Shown here in pieces: positions 10,037-18,979 of a stretch of 64,000 bases of DNA. Both the position numbers and the translations under genes were made by a program. Location: assembly GCA_029907165.1 (NCBI GenBank), contig JARYMK010000001.1, forward strand, positions 6,661 to 70,660. The letters are read 5' to 3'. The DNA is from Anaerolineae bacterium (GTDB taxonomy: Bacteria; Chloroflexota; Anaerolineae; DTLA01). Position 1 is the first letter of the stretch. Each line of letters begins with the position of its first letter. A model generated the notes under the pieces. That model did no database searches. It saw nothing but the letters and a program-made list of their open reading frames with translations, and had not been told where the DNA came from.

Positions 10037-11033
10037 GGCCATCCTGCTCGCCCACGGCAGCGGCGGGCGACTGACGCACGAACTGATCCGCGACCTGTTC
10101 CTGCGCGAGTTGTCCAACCCGTTCCTGGACGCGCTGAGCGACGCCGCCGTCCTGCCGCCGCAGAGTGGCCGCCTGGCCCTGACGACCGACTCCTACGTGA
10201 TTCGGCCCATTTTCTTCCCGGGCGGCGACATCGGCAAACTGGCGGTGTGCGGCACGGTCAACGATCTCAGCATGGTGGGCGCGCGCCCGCTTTTCCTCAC
10301 CATCGGGTTCATCCTGGAGGAAGGGCTGCCCTTCGCCGACCTGCGGCGCATCGTGCGGTCGGCGGCGCAGACGGCCCGCGAGGCCGGCGTCCAGATTGTG
10401 GCTGGCGATACAAAGGTGGTGGACCGGGGCAGCGCCGACCAGGTGTTCATCAACACCGCAGGCGTTGGCATCATCCCCGACGGCCTCTCCCTTTCGTCGA
10501 GCGCCATCCGGCCGGGCGACGCCATCCTCGTCTCCGGGACTGTGGGCGACCACGGGATCGCCGTCATGGCCCAGCGGGAGGGGCTTGGGCTGAGCACATC
10601 GCTGGCCAGCGACTGTGCTCCCCTGAACGGCCTGGCACAGGCTGTGCTGGCGTGCGGCGGCGTGCGGGTTATGCGCGACCCCACGCGCGGCGGCCTGGCG
10701 ACCACGCTGGTGGAACTGGCGCAGGCAGGCGGTGTGGGTCTGGAGATTGACGAGAGCGCCGTTCCCGTCAAGGATGCGGTGCGGGGCGCGTGCGAACTCC
10801 TGGGCCTGGACCCGCTGTACGTCGCCAACGAGGGCAAGTTGGTGGCGGTGGTGGCAGCCGAGGCGGCAGACGCTGCCCTCGCCGCGATGCAGTCGCACCC
10901 GCTGGGCCGCGATGCCCGCATCATCGGGCGCGCCACGCAAGCCCATCCGGGGCGGGTCGTCCTGAAGACCCTGCTGGGCGTGTCCCGGGTTGTGGAGATG
11001 CTGACGGGCGAGCAGTTGCCCAGGATATGCTGA
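10026..11033 (+). CDS. hypE: Hydrogenase maturation factor HypE.
   Basis: MKDEAILLAHGSGG… is the AIR-synthase-like fold of HypE. The gene overlaps the hypD stop. An alternative start lies at 10017. Confidence 0.85.
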   Translation: MKDEAILLAHGSGGRLTHELIRDLFLRELSNPFLDALSDAAVLPPQSGRLALTTDSYVIRPIFFPGGDIGKLAVCGTVNDLSMVGARPLFLTIGFILEEGLPFADLRRIVRSAAQTAREAGVQIVAGDTKVVDRGSADQVFINTAGVGIIPDGLSLSSSAIRPGDAILVSGTVGDHGIAVMAQREGLGLSTSLASDCAPLNGLAQAVLACGGVRVMRDPTRGGLATTLVELAQAGGVGLEIDESAVPVKDAVRGACELLGLDPLYVANEGKLVAVVAAEAADAALAAMQSHPLGRDARIIGRATQAHPGRVVLKTLLGVSRVVEMLTGEQLPRIC

Positions 11034-11055
11034 AGCGCACAGGCCCGCGCTAACC

Positions 11056-11084
11056 TTGACGCGGCCCGCGTTTGGTCGTATAAT
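11056..11084 (+). promoter_or_regulatory. Sigma-70-type promoter (TTGACG-17-TATAAT) upstream of the formate dehydrogenase operon.
   Basis: An exact TATAAT lies 17 nt downstream of TTGACG, in the intergenic region after hypE. Confidence 0.6.
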
Positions 11085-11224
11085 GCGCTCACTTCGCCAT
11101 TTCGTTGGAGAGAACCCGCCATGTTGTGCAACGTGGCCAGCATGATGTTTGGAAAGCACCCTCATCCGCTTGGCATCCCCTCATCCGGCTCCAGTCCGGC
11201 GTCCATATCCAGCGGCTGTCCGGC

Positions 11225-11740
11225 ATGCATGTACGGCCGCTGCAACAGATTCGCTCGCGAAAGGAGGTCGCCTTGAACGACAAACTCCGAGAAATCCTGC
11301 AAGCGCCCGTAACCGGCAAAGGAGACCTCATCCCGCTGCTCCAGAAGGCCCAGGAGGCCGAGGGGTACGTCTCCGAGGAGGCCATCTACGCCATCGCCGA
11401 GAAACTCCGCATCCCCGCCAGCGAGGTATTCGGCGTGCTGTCGTTCTACGCGCAGTTCCGCCTGCGTCCCATGGGCAAGCACAACGTCAAGATATGCCGG
11501 GGCACCGCCTGCCATGTGCGCGGCTCGCCCCTTATCGTTACCGCTGTAGAAAGCGAACTGCAACTGGGAAATGGCGAGGATACCACGCCCGATGGCCTGT
11601 TCACCGTAGAGAAAATCGCCTGCTTCGGCGCGTGTAGTCTGGCGCCGGTGATGGTTGTGGGCGGGCGCACCTACGGGAACTTGAGTCCGGACAAGGCGCG
11701 CCGCCTGATTCGCAAGACCGCGGAGGAAGACCATGTATAG
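11225..11740 (+). CDS. NuoE-like 2Fe-2S (24 kDa) subunit, the FdsG/HoxE-type diaphorase component.
   Basis: The thioredoxin-like 2Fe-2S motifs CRGTACHVRGS…CFGACSLAPV are present. A strong RBS GAAAGGAGG precedes an alternative TTG start at 11273. The true start is either 11225 (ATG) or 11273. Confidence 0.8.
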   Translation: MHVRPLQQIRSRKEVALNDKLREILQAPVTGKGDLIPLLQKAQEAEGYVSEEAIYAIAEKLRIPASEVFGVLSFYAQFRLRPMGKHNVKICRGTACHVRGSPLIVTAVESELQLGNGEDTTPDGLFTVEKIACFGACSLAPVMVVGGRTYGNLSPDKARRLIRKTAEEDHV

Positions 11741-13592
11741 CGATTACGCATCCCTGCGCGCCTGGGCCGAAAGCGAAATCGCCCGCACGCGCCCGGCCGA
11801 CCGAACGCGCATCCTCGTGGGCCTGGGCACGTGCGGCATCGCCGCCGGCGGGCTGGATGTCCTGGCAGCCCTGCGTGAGAAACTGGCCGACATGCCCGTA
11901 TCCGCCGAAATCGTTCCCGTGGGCTGCATCGGCATGTGTTTTGAAGAGCCGCTGGTGGACATTGTAAGACCAGGCGAGCCTCGCATCTGCTATGCCAAAG
12001 TAACCCCCAAGAGCATCCCGACCATTCTGGAAGAGCACCTGCTTCACAACAACGTGCGCAAGGATTTGGCCTTCGCGGTCATCGGCGACGAACCGTATGA
12101 CGGCGTCCCGGCCTGGAAGCAGTTGCCGTTCTTCGCCACCCAGCGGCGCACGGTGCTGCGCAATTGCGGGTTCATTGACCCTGAATCGGTGGCCGAGTAC
12201 ATCGTCCACGATGGGTACGCCGCCCTGGCGAAGGCGCTGTTTGAGATGACGCCCGAGTCTGTGATTGAGGAAGTGAAACGGTCGGGGTTGCGCGGCAGGG
12301 GCGGCGCGGGGTTCCCGACGGGCATGAAGTGGGCCTTCTGCCGTCAGTCGCCGGGCGAGCACAAGTACGTCATTTGCAACGCCGACGAGGGCGATCCGGG
12401 TGCCTTCATGAACCGCAGCGTCCTGGAAGGCGATCCCCACAGCGTGTTGGAAGGGCTCATCATCGCCGCCTACGCCATCGGCGCCGACCACGGCTACATC
12501 TACTGCCGCGCCGAGTACCCGCTGGCCATCGTGCGGCTGCGCAAGGCGCTGGAGCAGGCGCGGGCGCTGGGCCTCCTGGGCGAGCGCATCTTCGGCACCG
12601 ACTTCAGTTTTGACGTAACCATCAAGGAAGGCGCGGGCGCGTTCGTCTGCGGCGAGGAGACCGCGCTCATGGCATCCATAGAGGGCAAGCGTGGGATGCC
12701 CCGACCTCGGCCGCCGTTCCCCGCCCAGAAGGGTCTCTGGGGCCAGCCGACCAATATCAACAACGTAGAGACGCTGAACAACATCCCGCCCATCATCCTG
12801 AATGGTGCCGATTGGTTCGCTGCCGTGGGCACCGAGAAGAGCAAGGGCACCAAGACCTTCGCCCTCACCGGCAAGGTGGTGAACAGCAGCCTTATAGAAG
12901 TGCCCTTCGGCATGACGCTGCGCGAGGTCATCTTCGGCGTGGGCGGCGGCATCGCCAACGGCAGGCAGTTCAAGGCGGCGCAGACAGGCGGGCCGTCTGG
13001 CGGGTGCCTGTCCAGCGAGCACCTGGACTGGCCGATTGACTACGAGACGCTCACGAAGGCAGGCTCCATCATGGGCTCGGGCGGCCTCGTCGTCATGGAC
13101 GACTCTACCTGCATGGTGGACGTGGCGCGCTTCTTCCTGAACTTCACCCAGAGCGAGTCGTGCGGCAAGTGCATCCCGTGCCGCCTGGGAACGAAGCGCA
13201 TGTTGGAAATCCTGGAGCGCATCGTCGCGGGCCAGGGGAAGATGGAGGACATTGACCTGTTGCTGGAACTGGGCGAGACGGTGAAACTGGGTTCGCTGTG
13301 CGGGCTGGGGCAGACCGCGCCCAATCCGGTTCTGAGCACGATCCGCTACTTCCGCGACGAGTATGAGGCCCACATCAAGGAGCACCGCTGCCCGGCCAAG
13401 GTTTGCAAGGCGCTCATCACGTACCGCATCTCTGAGGAGAAGTGCACCGGCTGCACCCTCTGCGCCCGCAACTGCCCGGTAAATGCCATCAGCGGGGAAA
13501 GGAAGAAGGTGCACGTGATTGACCCCGCCGTGTGCACGCGCTGCGACACCTGTCGCCAGGTGTGCAATTTTGACGCGGTCCTCGTGGACTAG
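11733..13592 (+). CDS. NuoF-like NAD(H)/FMN-binding subunit (FdsB/HoxF-type), with an N-terminal thioredoxin-like domain and C-terminal 2x[4Fe-4S].
   Basis: The FMN/NADH-binding core GRGGAGFPTG and the SLBB/4Fe-4S region ESCGKCIPCR are present. The C-terminal ferredoxin motifs are CTGCTLCARNCP and CTRCDTCRQVC. Confidence 0.85.
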   Translation: MYSDYASLRAWAESEIARTRPADRTRILVGLGTCGIAAGGLDVLAALREKLADMPVSAEIVPVGCIGMCFEEPLVDIVRPGEPRICYAKVTPKSIPTILEEHLLHNNVRKDLAFAVIGDEPYDGVPAWKQLPFFATQRRTVLRNCGFIDPESVAEYIVHDGYAALAKALFEMTPESVIEEVKRSGLRGRGGAGFPTGMKWAFCRQSPGEHKYVICNADEGDPGAFMNRSVLEGDPHSVLEGLIIAAYAIGADHGYIYCRAEYPLAIVRLRKALEQARALGLLGERIFGTDFSFDVTIKEGAGAFVCGEETALMASIEGKRGMPRPRPPFPAQKGLWGQPTNINNVETLNNIPPIILNGADWFAAVGTEKSKGTKTFALTGKVVNSSLIEVPFGMTLREVIFGVGGGIANGRQFKAAQTGGPSGGCLSSEHLDWPIDYETLTKAGSIMGSGGLVVMDDSTCMVDVARFFLNFTQSESCGKCIPCRLGTKRMLEILERIVAGQGKMEDIDLLLELGETVKLGSLCGLGQTAPNPVLSTIRYFRDEYEAHIKEHRCPAKVCKALITYRISEEKCTGCTLCARNCPVNAISGERKKVHVIDPAVCTRCDTCRQVCNFDAVLVD

Positions 13593-13623
13593 CCACGGTT
13601 CTCGGATGGAAGGAGACGCAGAC

Positions 13624-16335
13624 ATGACCATTACGCTGACCGTAGACGGCAAGAAGGTAACGGTAGAAGACGGGGCCACGATTTTGGATGCCGCAAAGAA
13701 AGCAGGCGTGTACATCCCCACCCTGTGCGCCGATGAGGACCTGCTGCCCTTTGGCGCGTGCCGCCTCTGCCTGGTGGAAGTGCAAGGCGACCGCCGCCCC
13801 ATGCTGCCCGCATGCACGACGCCTGCCACCGACGGCATGGTGGTGCGCACGTCCAGCCCGATCATTGACAAGACGCGGCGAAACGTCGTGGAACTCTTGC
13901 TGTCCGACCACCCGGAGGACTGCCTGACCTGCCCTCAGAACAACCGTTGCGAACTCCAGCGCGTGGCGGCCTATGTGGGCGTCCGCACCAACCGCTTCCG
14001 CGGTGAGAAGCATGCCTATCCGATTGACGATTCCAACCCGTTCTACCGCCGCGATTTGGATCGCTGCGTCCTGTGCGGCAAGTGCGTGCGAACCTGCGAT
14101 GAGGTTCAGCAACTGGGCGCCATCAACTTCGCCTACCGCGGCTTCCGCACCAAAATCGCGACGGTGTTGGATCGGCCGGTGGCGACCTCCACCTGCGAGT
14201 CGTGCGGGCAGTGCGTAGACAAGTGTCCGGTGGGGGCGCTGTACCCGGAGGCGTGGCTGCGGTACGGCTTGCCTACCCGCGAAACCAAGACCATTTGTTC
14301 GTATTGCGGAGTCGGCTGCGGGTTGATTCTCCAAACCCGCGGCAACACGGTGGTGGGCGTGCGCGGCGACCCCGACAACCCCGTGAACCGAGGCCGCACG
14401 TGCGTCAAGGGGCGGTTTGGGTATGAGTTTATCAATCACCCCGACCGTTTGAAGAAGCCGCTTATCAAGAGAGACGGGGCCTTTGTGGAAGCCACCTGGG
14501 ATGAGGCGCTGGACCTGGTCGCGCAACGGCTGGCGGCGGTCGTGCGCGAAAGCGGCCCCGACGCGGTGGCACTGCTGACATCCGCAAGGTGCACAAGCGA
14601 GGAAAACTACCTACTTCAGAAATTCGCAAGGGGGGTGCTGGGGACGCACAATGTAGACCATTGTGCGCGTCTCTGACACAGCAGCACCGTGACCGGTCTG
14701 GTCACCGCATTCGGCTCCGGAGCCATGACGAACTCCATTGAGGACATGAAGGAGGCCAAGGCGTTCCTGGTCATCGGCTCCAATACGACGGAGCAGCATC
14801 CTATCATCGGGCTGAACATCCGCAAGGCGGTGCGCGAGGGTGCGAAACTGATCGTCGCCGACCCGCGCTGCATAGACCTGGCCGCCCGCGCGGATATCTA
14901 CATGTCCATCAAGCCAGGAACCAACATCGCCCTGCTGAATGGCCTGGCGCATATCATCCTCAAGGAAGGGTTGGAGGACAAAGAGTTCATCGCCGCCCGA
15001 ACCGAAGGGTTTGACGAGTGGCGGGCGGTGGTGGAGCAGTACACGCCCGAACGGGTCAGCGAGATCACCGGCGTCCCAGTGGATCGCTTGTACGAGGCGG
15101 CGCGCCTTTACGCAAGCACCAAGCCCGCCACCTTGGTGTATGCGATGGGCATCACGCAACACACGTCAGGACACCAGGGCGTGCAAGCGTGCGCTAACCT
15201 GCAACTCCTGACGGGCAATATGGGCATTCGCGGAGGCGGCCTCAACCCGCTGCGCGGCCAAAACAATGTCCAGGGCGCGTGCGACATGGGCTGCCTGCCC
15301 GATTTCTTCCCCGGCTACCAGCGCGTAACCGACGAGAAGGCCCGCGAGAAGTTCGCCCAGGCGTGGGGCGCTCGCTTCGGCGACAAGCCGGGCCTCACCA
15401 TCGTGGAGATGCTCAACGCTGCGGAGCAAGGGCGGCTGAAGGCACTCTACGTTACCGGCGAGAACCCGGTCATGAGCGACCCCGATAGCCGGCACGCGAT
15501 CCACTGCCTGGAGAGCCTGGATTTCCTCGTGGTGCAGGACATCTTCCTCTCTGAGACCGCCCGCCTGGCCGACGTGGTGCTGCCCGCCGCGTCCTTCGCC
15601 GAGAAGGCAGGCACGTTCACCAACACCGAGCGGCGCGTCCAGTTGATTCGCCCTGCCATTGACCCGCCCGGTGAGGCCCGCCCCGATTGGGAGATCGTGG
15701 CCGACCTGGCCCGCCGCACGCTGAAGGCCCTCGGCCAGACACCCGAAGGCCCCTATGCTGGCTGGGACTACGCATCACCCGCCCAGATCATGGACGAAGT
15801 CGCGGCGCTGACCCCCATCTACGGGGGCATCCGCCACAGCCGGCTGGAGAACGGCGGAATCCAGTGGCCGTGCCCGTCCCCCGACCACCTGGGCACGCCC
15901 ATCCTGCACGTCGGCAAGTTCTCGCGCGGCCTCGGCAAGTTCAATCCGGTGGAGTACATCCCATCCGCCGAGACGCCAAATGAAGCCTATCCGCTCATCC
16001 TAACGACTGGCCGCAGGCTGGAGCATTATCACACGGGCACCATGACGCGCCGCGTGGACGGGCTGAACAAACTGGCCCCGGAGGAGCGCGTGGAGATCAA
16101 CACAGACGATGCGGCCCGTCTGGGCATTGCCGACGGCGACTGGGTCATCGTGGAGTCCAGGCGTGGCCGGGTGAAAGTGCGGGCGGCCGTGGGGCGACGG
16201 TGCAGGCCGGGCGTGGTCTTCATGACGTTCCACTTCGCCGAGGCGCTGGGCAACGTGTTGACCCACGCTGCGCTGGACCCCGTGTCCAGGATTCCGGAAT
16301 TCAAGGTTGCCGCCGTTCGCGTGCAGAAGGCATAG
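13624..16335 (+). CDS. fdhA: Formate dehydrogenase catalytic (alpha) subunit, selenocysteine-containing. An in-frame TGA at 14674-14676 is read as Sec.
   Basis: The N-terminal 2Fe-2S/4Fe-4S region and the molybdopterin domain are present. The ORF caller splits the gene at TGA, but both halves are in the same frame. The flanking sequence [42 protein letters not shown] aligns with E. coli FdhF VDCCARV-U-HGPSVAGLHQSVGNGAMSNAINE. The downstream half matches FdhF/FdsA throughout (GVNPLRGQNNVQGACDMG, etc.). Confidence 0.85.
14677..14706 (+). other. Bacterial SECIS-like hairpin immediately 3' of the Sec-UGA.
   Basis: The stem GTGACC/GGTCAC (14689-14694 / 14700-14705) has an apical GGUCU(G) loop, the same loop sequence as the E. 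coli fdhF SECIS. It begins ~13 nt after UGA. Confidence 0.6.
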
Positions 16336-16360
16336 AGGGCACGTCCTGCTGTTGAGCGCA

Positions 16361-16396
16361 ACGGAGCGCCGCGACGCGTGCGGCGCTCCGTTTTTC
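16361..16396 (+). terminator. Rho-independent terminator after fdhA.
   Basis: GGAGCGCCGC-gacgcgt-GCGGCGCTCC is followed by GTTTTT. Confidence 0.75.
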
Positions 16397-16424
16397 GCGC
16401 GCCTTCCCCACCCCGCATCCTCGT

Positions 16425-16452
16425 TTGACACCGCGGGTTTTTCCAGTAAGAT
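16425..16452 (+). promoter_or_regulatory. Candidate promoter (TTGACA-16-TAAGAT) of the ~200-nt transcript or leader preceding proC.
   Basis: An exact -35 hexamer with a moderate -10 lies between two intrinsic terminators. Confidence 0.35.
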
Positions 16453-16622
16453 ACGCCGCAAAGGTGGCAAGCACATGTTGGGCAATGGTTGGATTCCATG
16501 CGGCCGAGGGCAGCGCATCCCTATCCCTGCCAAGCCCCTGGGCACCGTCCAGGGGCGTCGGCACGTGGGGAGGTAGGGCGGCGATTGTCTTCGCCCGCGG
16601 CAATAGCGCATCGTTCGTCGTG

Positions 16623-16650
16623 CACGTGCCTCCCGTACGGGAGGCGTTTT
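16623..16650 (+). terminator. Intrinsic terminator/attenuator hairpin 30 nt upstream of proC.
   Basis: CCTCCCG-ta-CGGGAGG (16629-16644) is followed by CGTTTT. The 28-nt feature also includes the flanking CACGTG. Confidence 0.55.
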
Positions 16651-16679
16651 GTTAGGTTGACAGAGTGGAGACAGTTGAA

Positions 16680-17570
16680 ATGGAAAACACGCTACAGCAA
16701 GCGCGGCTGGCCTTCATCGGAAGCGGCACCATGTCCGAGGCCATGATCCAGGGCATCCTGCGGTGCGGCGTTACGGCGGCGGGGAACATCTGGGCAAGCG
16801 GCCCGCGCAAGGAACGCGCCGCCGAGTTGACCGCGAAGTACGGCATCCATGCCACGACCGACAACCGCGAGGCCGCCCGCAACGCCGATGTCGTCGTCCT
16901 GTCGGTCAAGCCGCAGCGGCTGCGCATGGTGCTGCACGAACTGCGGGGCACGGTCCGCCCCAATCAACTCGTCATGTCCATCGTGGCGGGCGCGAAGATT
17001 TCCTACATCGCGCAGGTGCTCGGCACGCCGTCTGTCATCCGGGTGATGCCCAATACCCCCGCGCAGATCGGCGAGGGGATTTCGGTCTGGTTCGCCACGC
17101 CCCAGGTTACGCCCGAACAGCGTGAGGTAGGCCGCCGCATTCTGACGGCCCTGGGCGAAGAGATTGAGGTGGATGAGGAGAAGTTCCTGGACATGGCGAC
17201 AGCGGTCAGCGGCACCGGCCCCACCTACGTATTCCTCATCATGGAGGCGCTGGTGGACGCGGCGGTGCACCTGGGATTCTCGCGGCGCATTGCCGAGGCT
17301 CTGGTTACCAAGACGGTGCTGGGTTCGGTGCTGTTTGCCCGCCAGTCCAACATGCACCTGGCGCAACTGCGAAACATGGTTACCTCGCCAGGTGGCACCA
17401 GCGCCGAGGCCATCTACCAACTGGACAAGGGAAGCATCCGCACGGTGCTGTCCAAAGCGGTCTGGGCGGCCTACCAGAAGTCCAAACTGCTGGGCGAGTC
17501 GTTGTCGCAGGAGGCCGAGTCCGAAAGCCGCCCGAACGGCAGCCCCCCGTCAGAGAAGTTGGAGGCATAG
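16680..17570 (+). CDS. proC: Pyrroline-5-carboxylate reductase.
   Basis: MENTLQQARLAFIGSGTMSEAMIQG is the Rossmann GxGxxG motif. The ProC C-terminal dimerization region (TSPGGTSAEAI) is present. An alternative GTG start lies at 16665. Confidence 0.85.
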   Translation: MENTLQQARLAFIGSGTMSEAMIQGILRCGVTAAGNIWASGPRKERAAELTAKYGIHATTDNREAARNADVVVLSVKPQRLRMVLHELRGTVRPNQLVMSIVAGAKISYIAQVLGTPSVIRVMPNTPAQIGEGISVWFATPQVTPEQREVGRRILTALGEEIEVDEEKFLDMATAVSGTGPTYVFLIMEALVDAAVHLGFSRRIAEALVTKTVLGSVLFARQSNMHLAQLRNMVTSPGGTSAEAIYQLDKGSIRTVLSKAVWAAYQKSKLLGESLSQEAESESRPNGSPPSEKLEA

Positions 17571-17577
17571 GCGCAGC

Positions 17578-18009
17578 ATGGCACGTCAGGATGCAGGCGC
17601 GGTCGTGCGGTACAAGGTCATCCCCGGTGGTCGCAGGCCCGTGAAGACAGGCGCGGCCTATGACCTGTTTGCGCGTTTGGGTGCGCCCCTCACGCTCCAC
17701 GGCCCCACGCTCGTGCCCCTGGGCATCGCGCTGGAACTGCCCCAAGGCTACGGGGCCATCGTCAAGGCCCGGTCCAGCTCCCCGCTGCGCCACGGGTACG
17801 AAGCGCACGTCGGCTTGATTGACCCCGAGTTCAACGGGCGCGAGGTGTGCACCATCCTGGAGCCGCTCCCCGGTGCGGGGCCGGTTACCATCCAGCCCGG
17901 CGACCGCGTGGCCCAGATGTGGGTCCAGCGCATGGACGTGGAACTGGTGGAGACGGACGAGGACATCCCGTTGGGCCCCAAGGAGGGGTTCGGCAGCACC
18001 GGAACGTAG
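17578..18009 (+). CDS. dut: dUTP diphosphatase.
   Basis: YKVIPGGRRP…GYGAIVKARSS…GLIDPEFNGRE…RVAQM are dUTPase motifs. The protein is ~143 aa. Confidence 0.8.
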   Translation: MARQDAGAVVRYKVIPGGRRPVKTGAAYDLFARLGAPLTLHGPTLVPLGIALELPQGYGAIVKARSSSPLRHGYEAHVGLIDPEFNGREVCTILEPLPGAGPVTIQPGDRVAQMWVQRMDVELVETDEDIPLGPKEGFGSTGT

Positions 18010-18011
18010 GA

Positions 18012-18821
18012 ATGGCGACTGCGATTCGCTGGACGGGAGTTGGCTTCGCCCATGTGGGCGTGATGGTGGGGCTGGCGGCGCTGGCCGACCATAGCCCCGA
18101 CCTCGCCTACAGCCTCGCCCTCGCCCTGCCCGTCCCGCTCCTGTACGCCCTGTTCCGACGCCGCACACCGCCGACCGCGCCCGCGCCGTGGTGGGCGGGC
18201 CTGGCGGTGTGGGCCTTCGTCGTGCTGTCGCGGGCAGGGGCGGCGGCGCTGGTCGCTGCGGGCAAAGCCCCGTTCGCCATCGGGCCGCATCTCGCCATCG
18301 CGGGCACCGGAAGCCTGTTTGCCCTTGTGGCGCTGGCCATTCTGCTGGGCGAACGGTCGGGCGGCGCTGCGTTTGGGTTCACGACGCAGGGCGCGTTGCG
18401 GCAGGTCCTCCTGGGCGTGGGGCTGGCGCTGGCGTTGCAGGCGATCATGCGCGCACCCGCCTGGGCGACAGGCCAGTTGCGCGTGGGCGCGGGCGGCTTC
18501 GCGGCGCTGGCGCAGAGTTTCCCTACCGAATTGATGACCATCGCCCTGGGCGAGGAGAGTCTGTTCCGCGGGTACATGCAAGTCTCGTTGCAGCGCCGCT
18601 ATCCGTGGTGGTTTGCGACGTTTCTCATCTCCATGCTCTTCGGCCTGTGGCATCTCCCCGCCGCGCTCTTCGCACCTAGCCTGCTAACTCTGTTCGGCGT
18701 GGTGGGCTTCCCGTTCGCCTTCGGGCTGCTGGCCGGGGTCATGTTCCGCCTCACGGGGTCCATCTTAGGGCCAGTGGTGGCCCACGCGCTCTACAACGCC
18801 GTGAATGCCATGTTCGCTTAG
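18012..18821 (+). CDS. CPBP-family (CAAX protease-like) intramembrane metalloprotease.
   Basis: The ATG lies 3 nt after the dut stop. The protein is polytopic and hydrophobic, with EESLFRGY, FGLWH and HALYNA (EExxxR / FxxxH / HxxxN motifs). Confidence 0.75.
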   Translation: MATAIRWTGVGFAHVGVMVGLAALADHSPDLAYSLALALPVPLLYALFRRRTPPTAPAPWWAGLAVWAFVVLSRAGAAALVAAGKAPFAIGPHLAIAGTGSLFALVALAILLGERSGGAAFGFTTQGALRQVLLGVGLALALQAIMRAPAWATGQLRVGAGGFAALAQSFPTELMTIALGEESLFRGYMQVSLQRRYPWWFATFLISMLFGLWHLPAALFAPSLLTLFGVVGFPFAFGLLAGVMFRLTGSILGPVVAHALYNAVNAMFA

Positions 18822-18872
18822 GTGTGCCCAATGCCAATGCCGCGACCCACTGGGCTGTGCCCTGCAACCGAC

Positions 18873-18901
18873 TTGACAAATCGGCTAAGATGGGGTATGA
18901 T
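18873..18901 (+). promoter_or_regulatory. Sigma-70-type promoter TTGACA-17-TATGAT.
   Basis: A near-consensus hexamer pair lies upstream of the lipoprotein gene. An imperfect inverted repeat TGACAAA-N16-TTTGTC lies between it and the start codon. Confidence 0.55.
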
Positions 18902-18979
18902 AACATTGTGACAAAACGTTCATCTTGGCGATTTGTCCACACACCGGTACCACGCCACGTGGGGGAGGGATTGACAATT

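Noticed and set aside
16425-16655. 76-aa ORF (MTPRVFPVRY…) between fdhA and proC.
   Set aside because: Its codon usage is poor and it has no RBS. Its 3' end is the terminator hairpin itself. An RNA-level feature (leader or sRNA) is the better explanation for this region.
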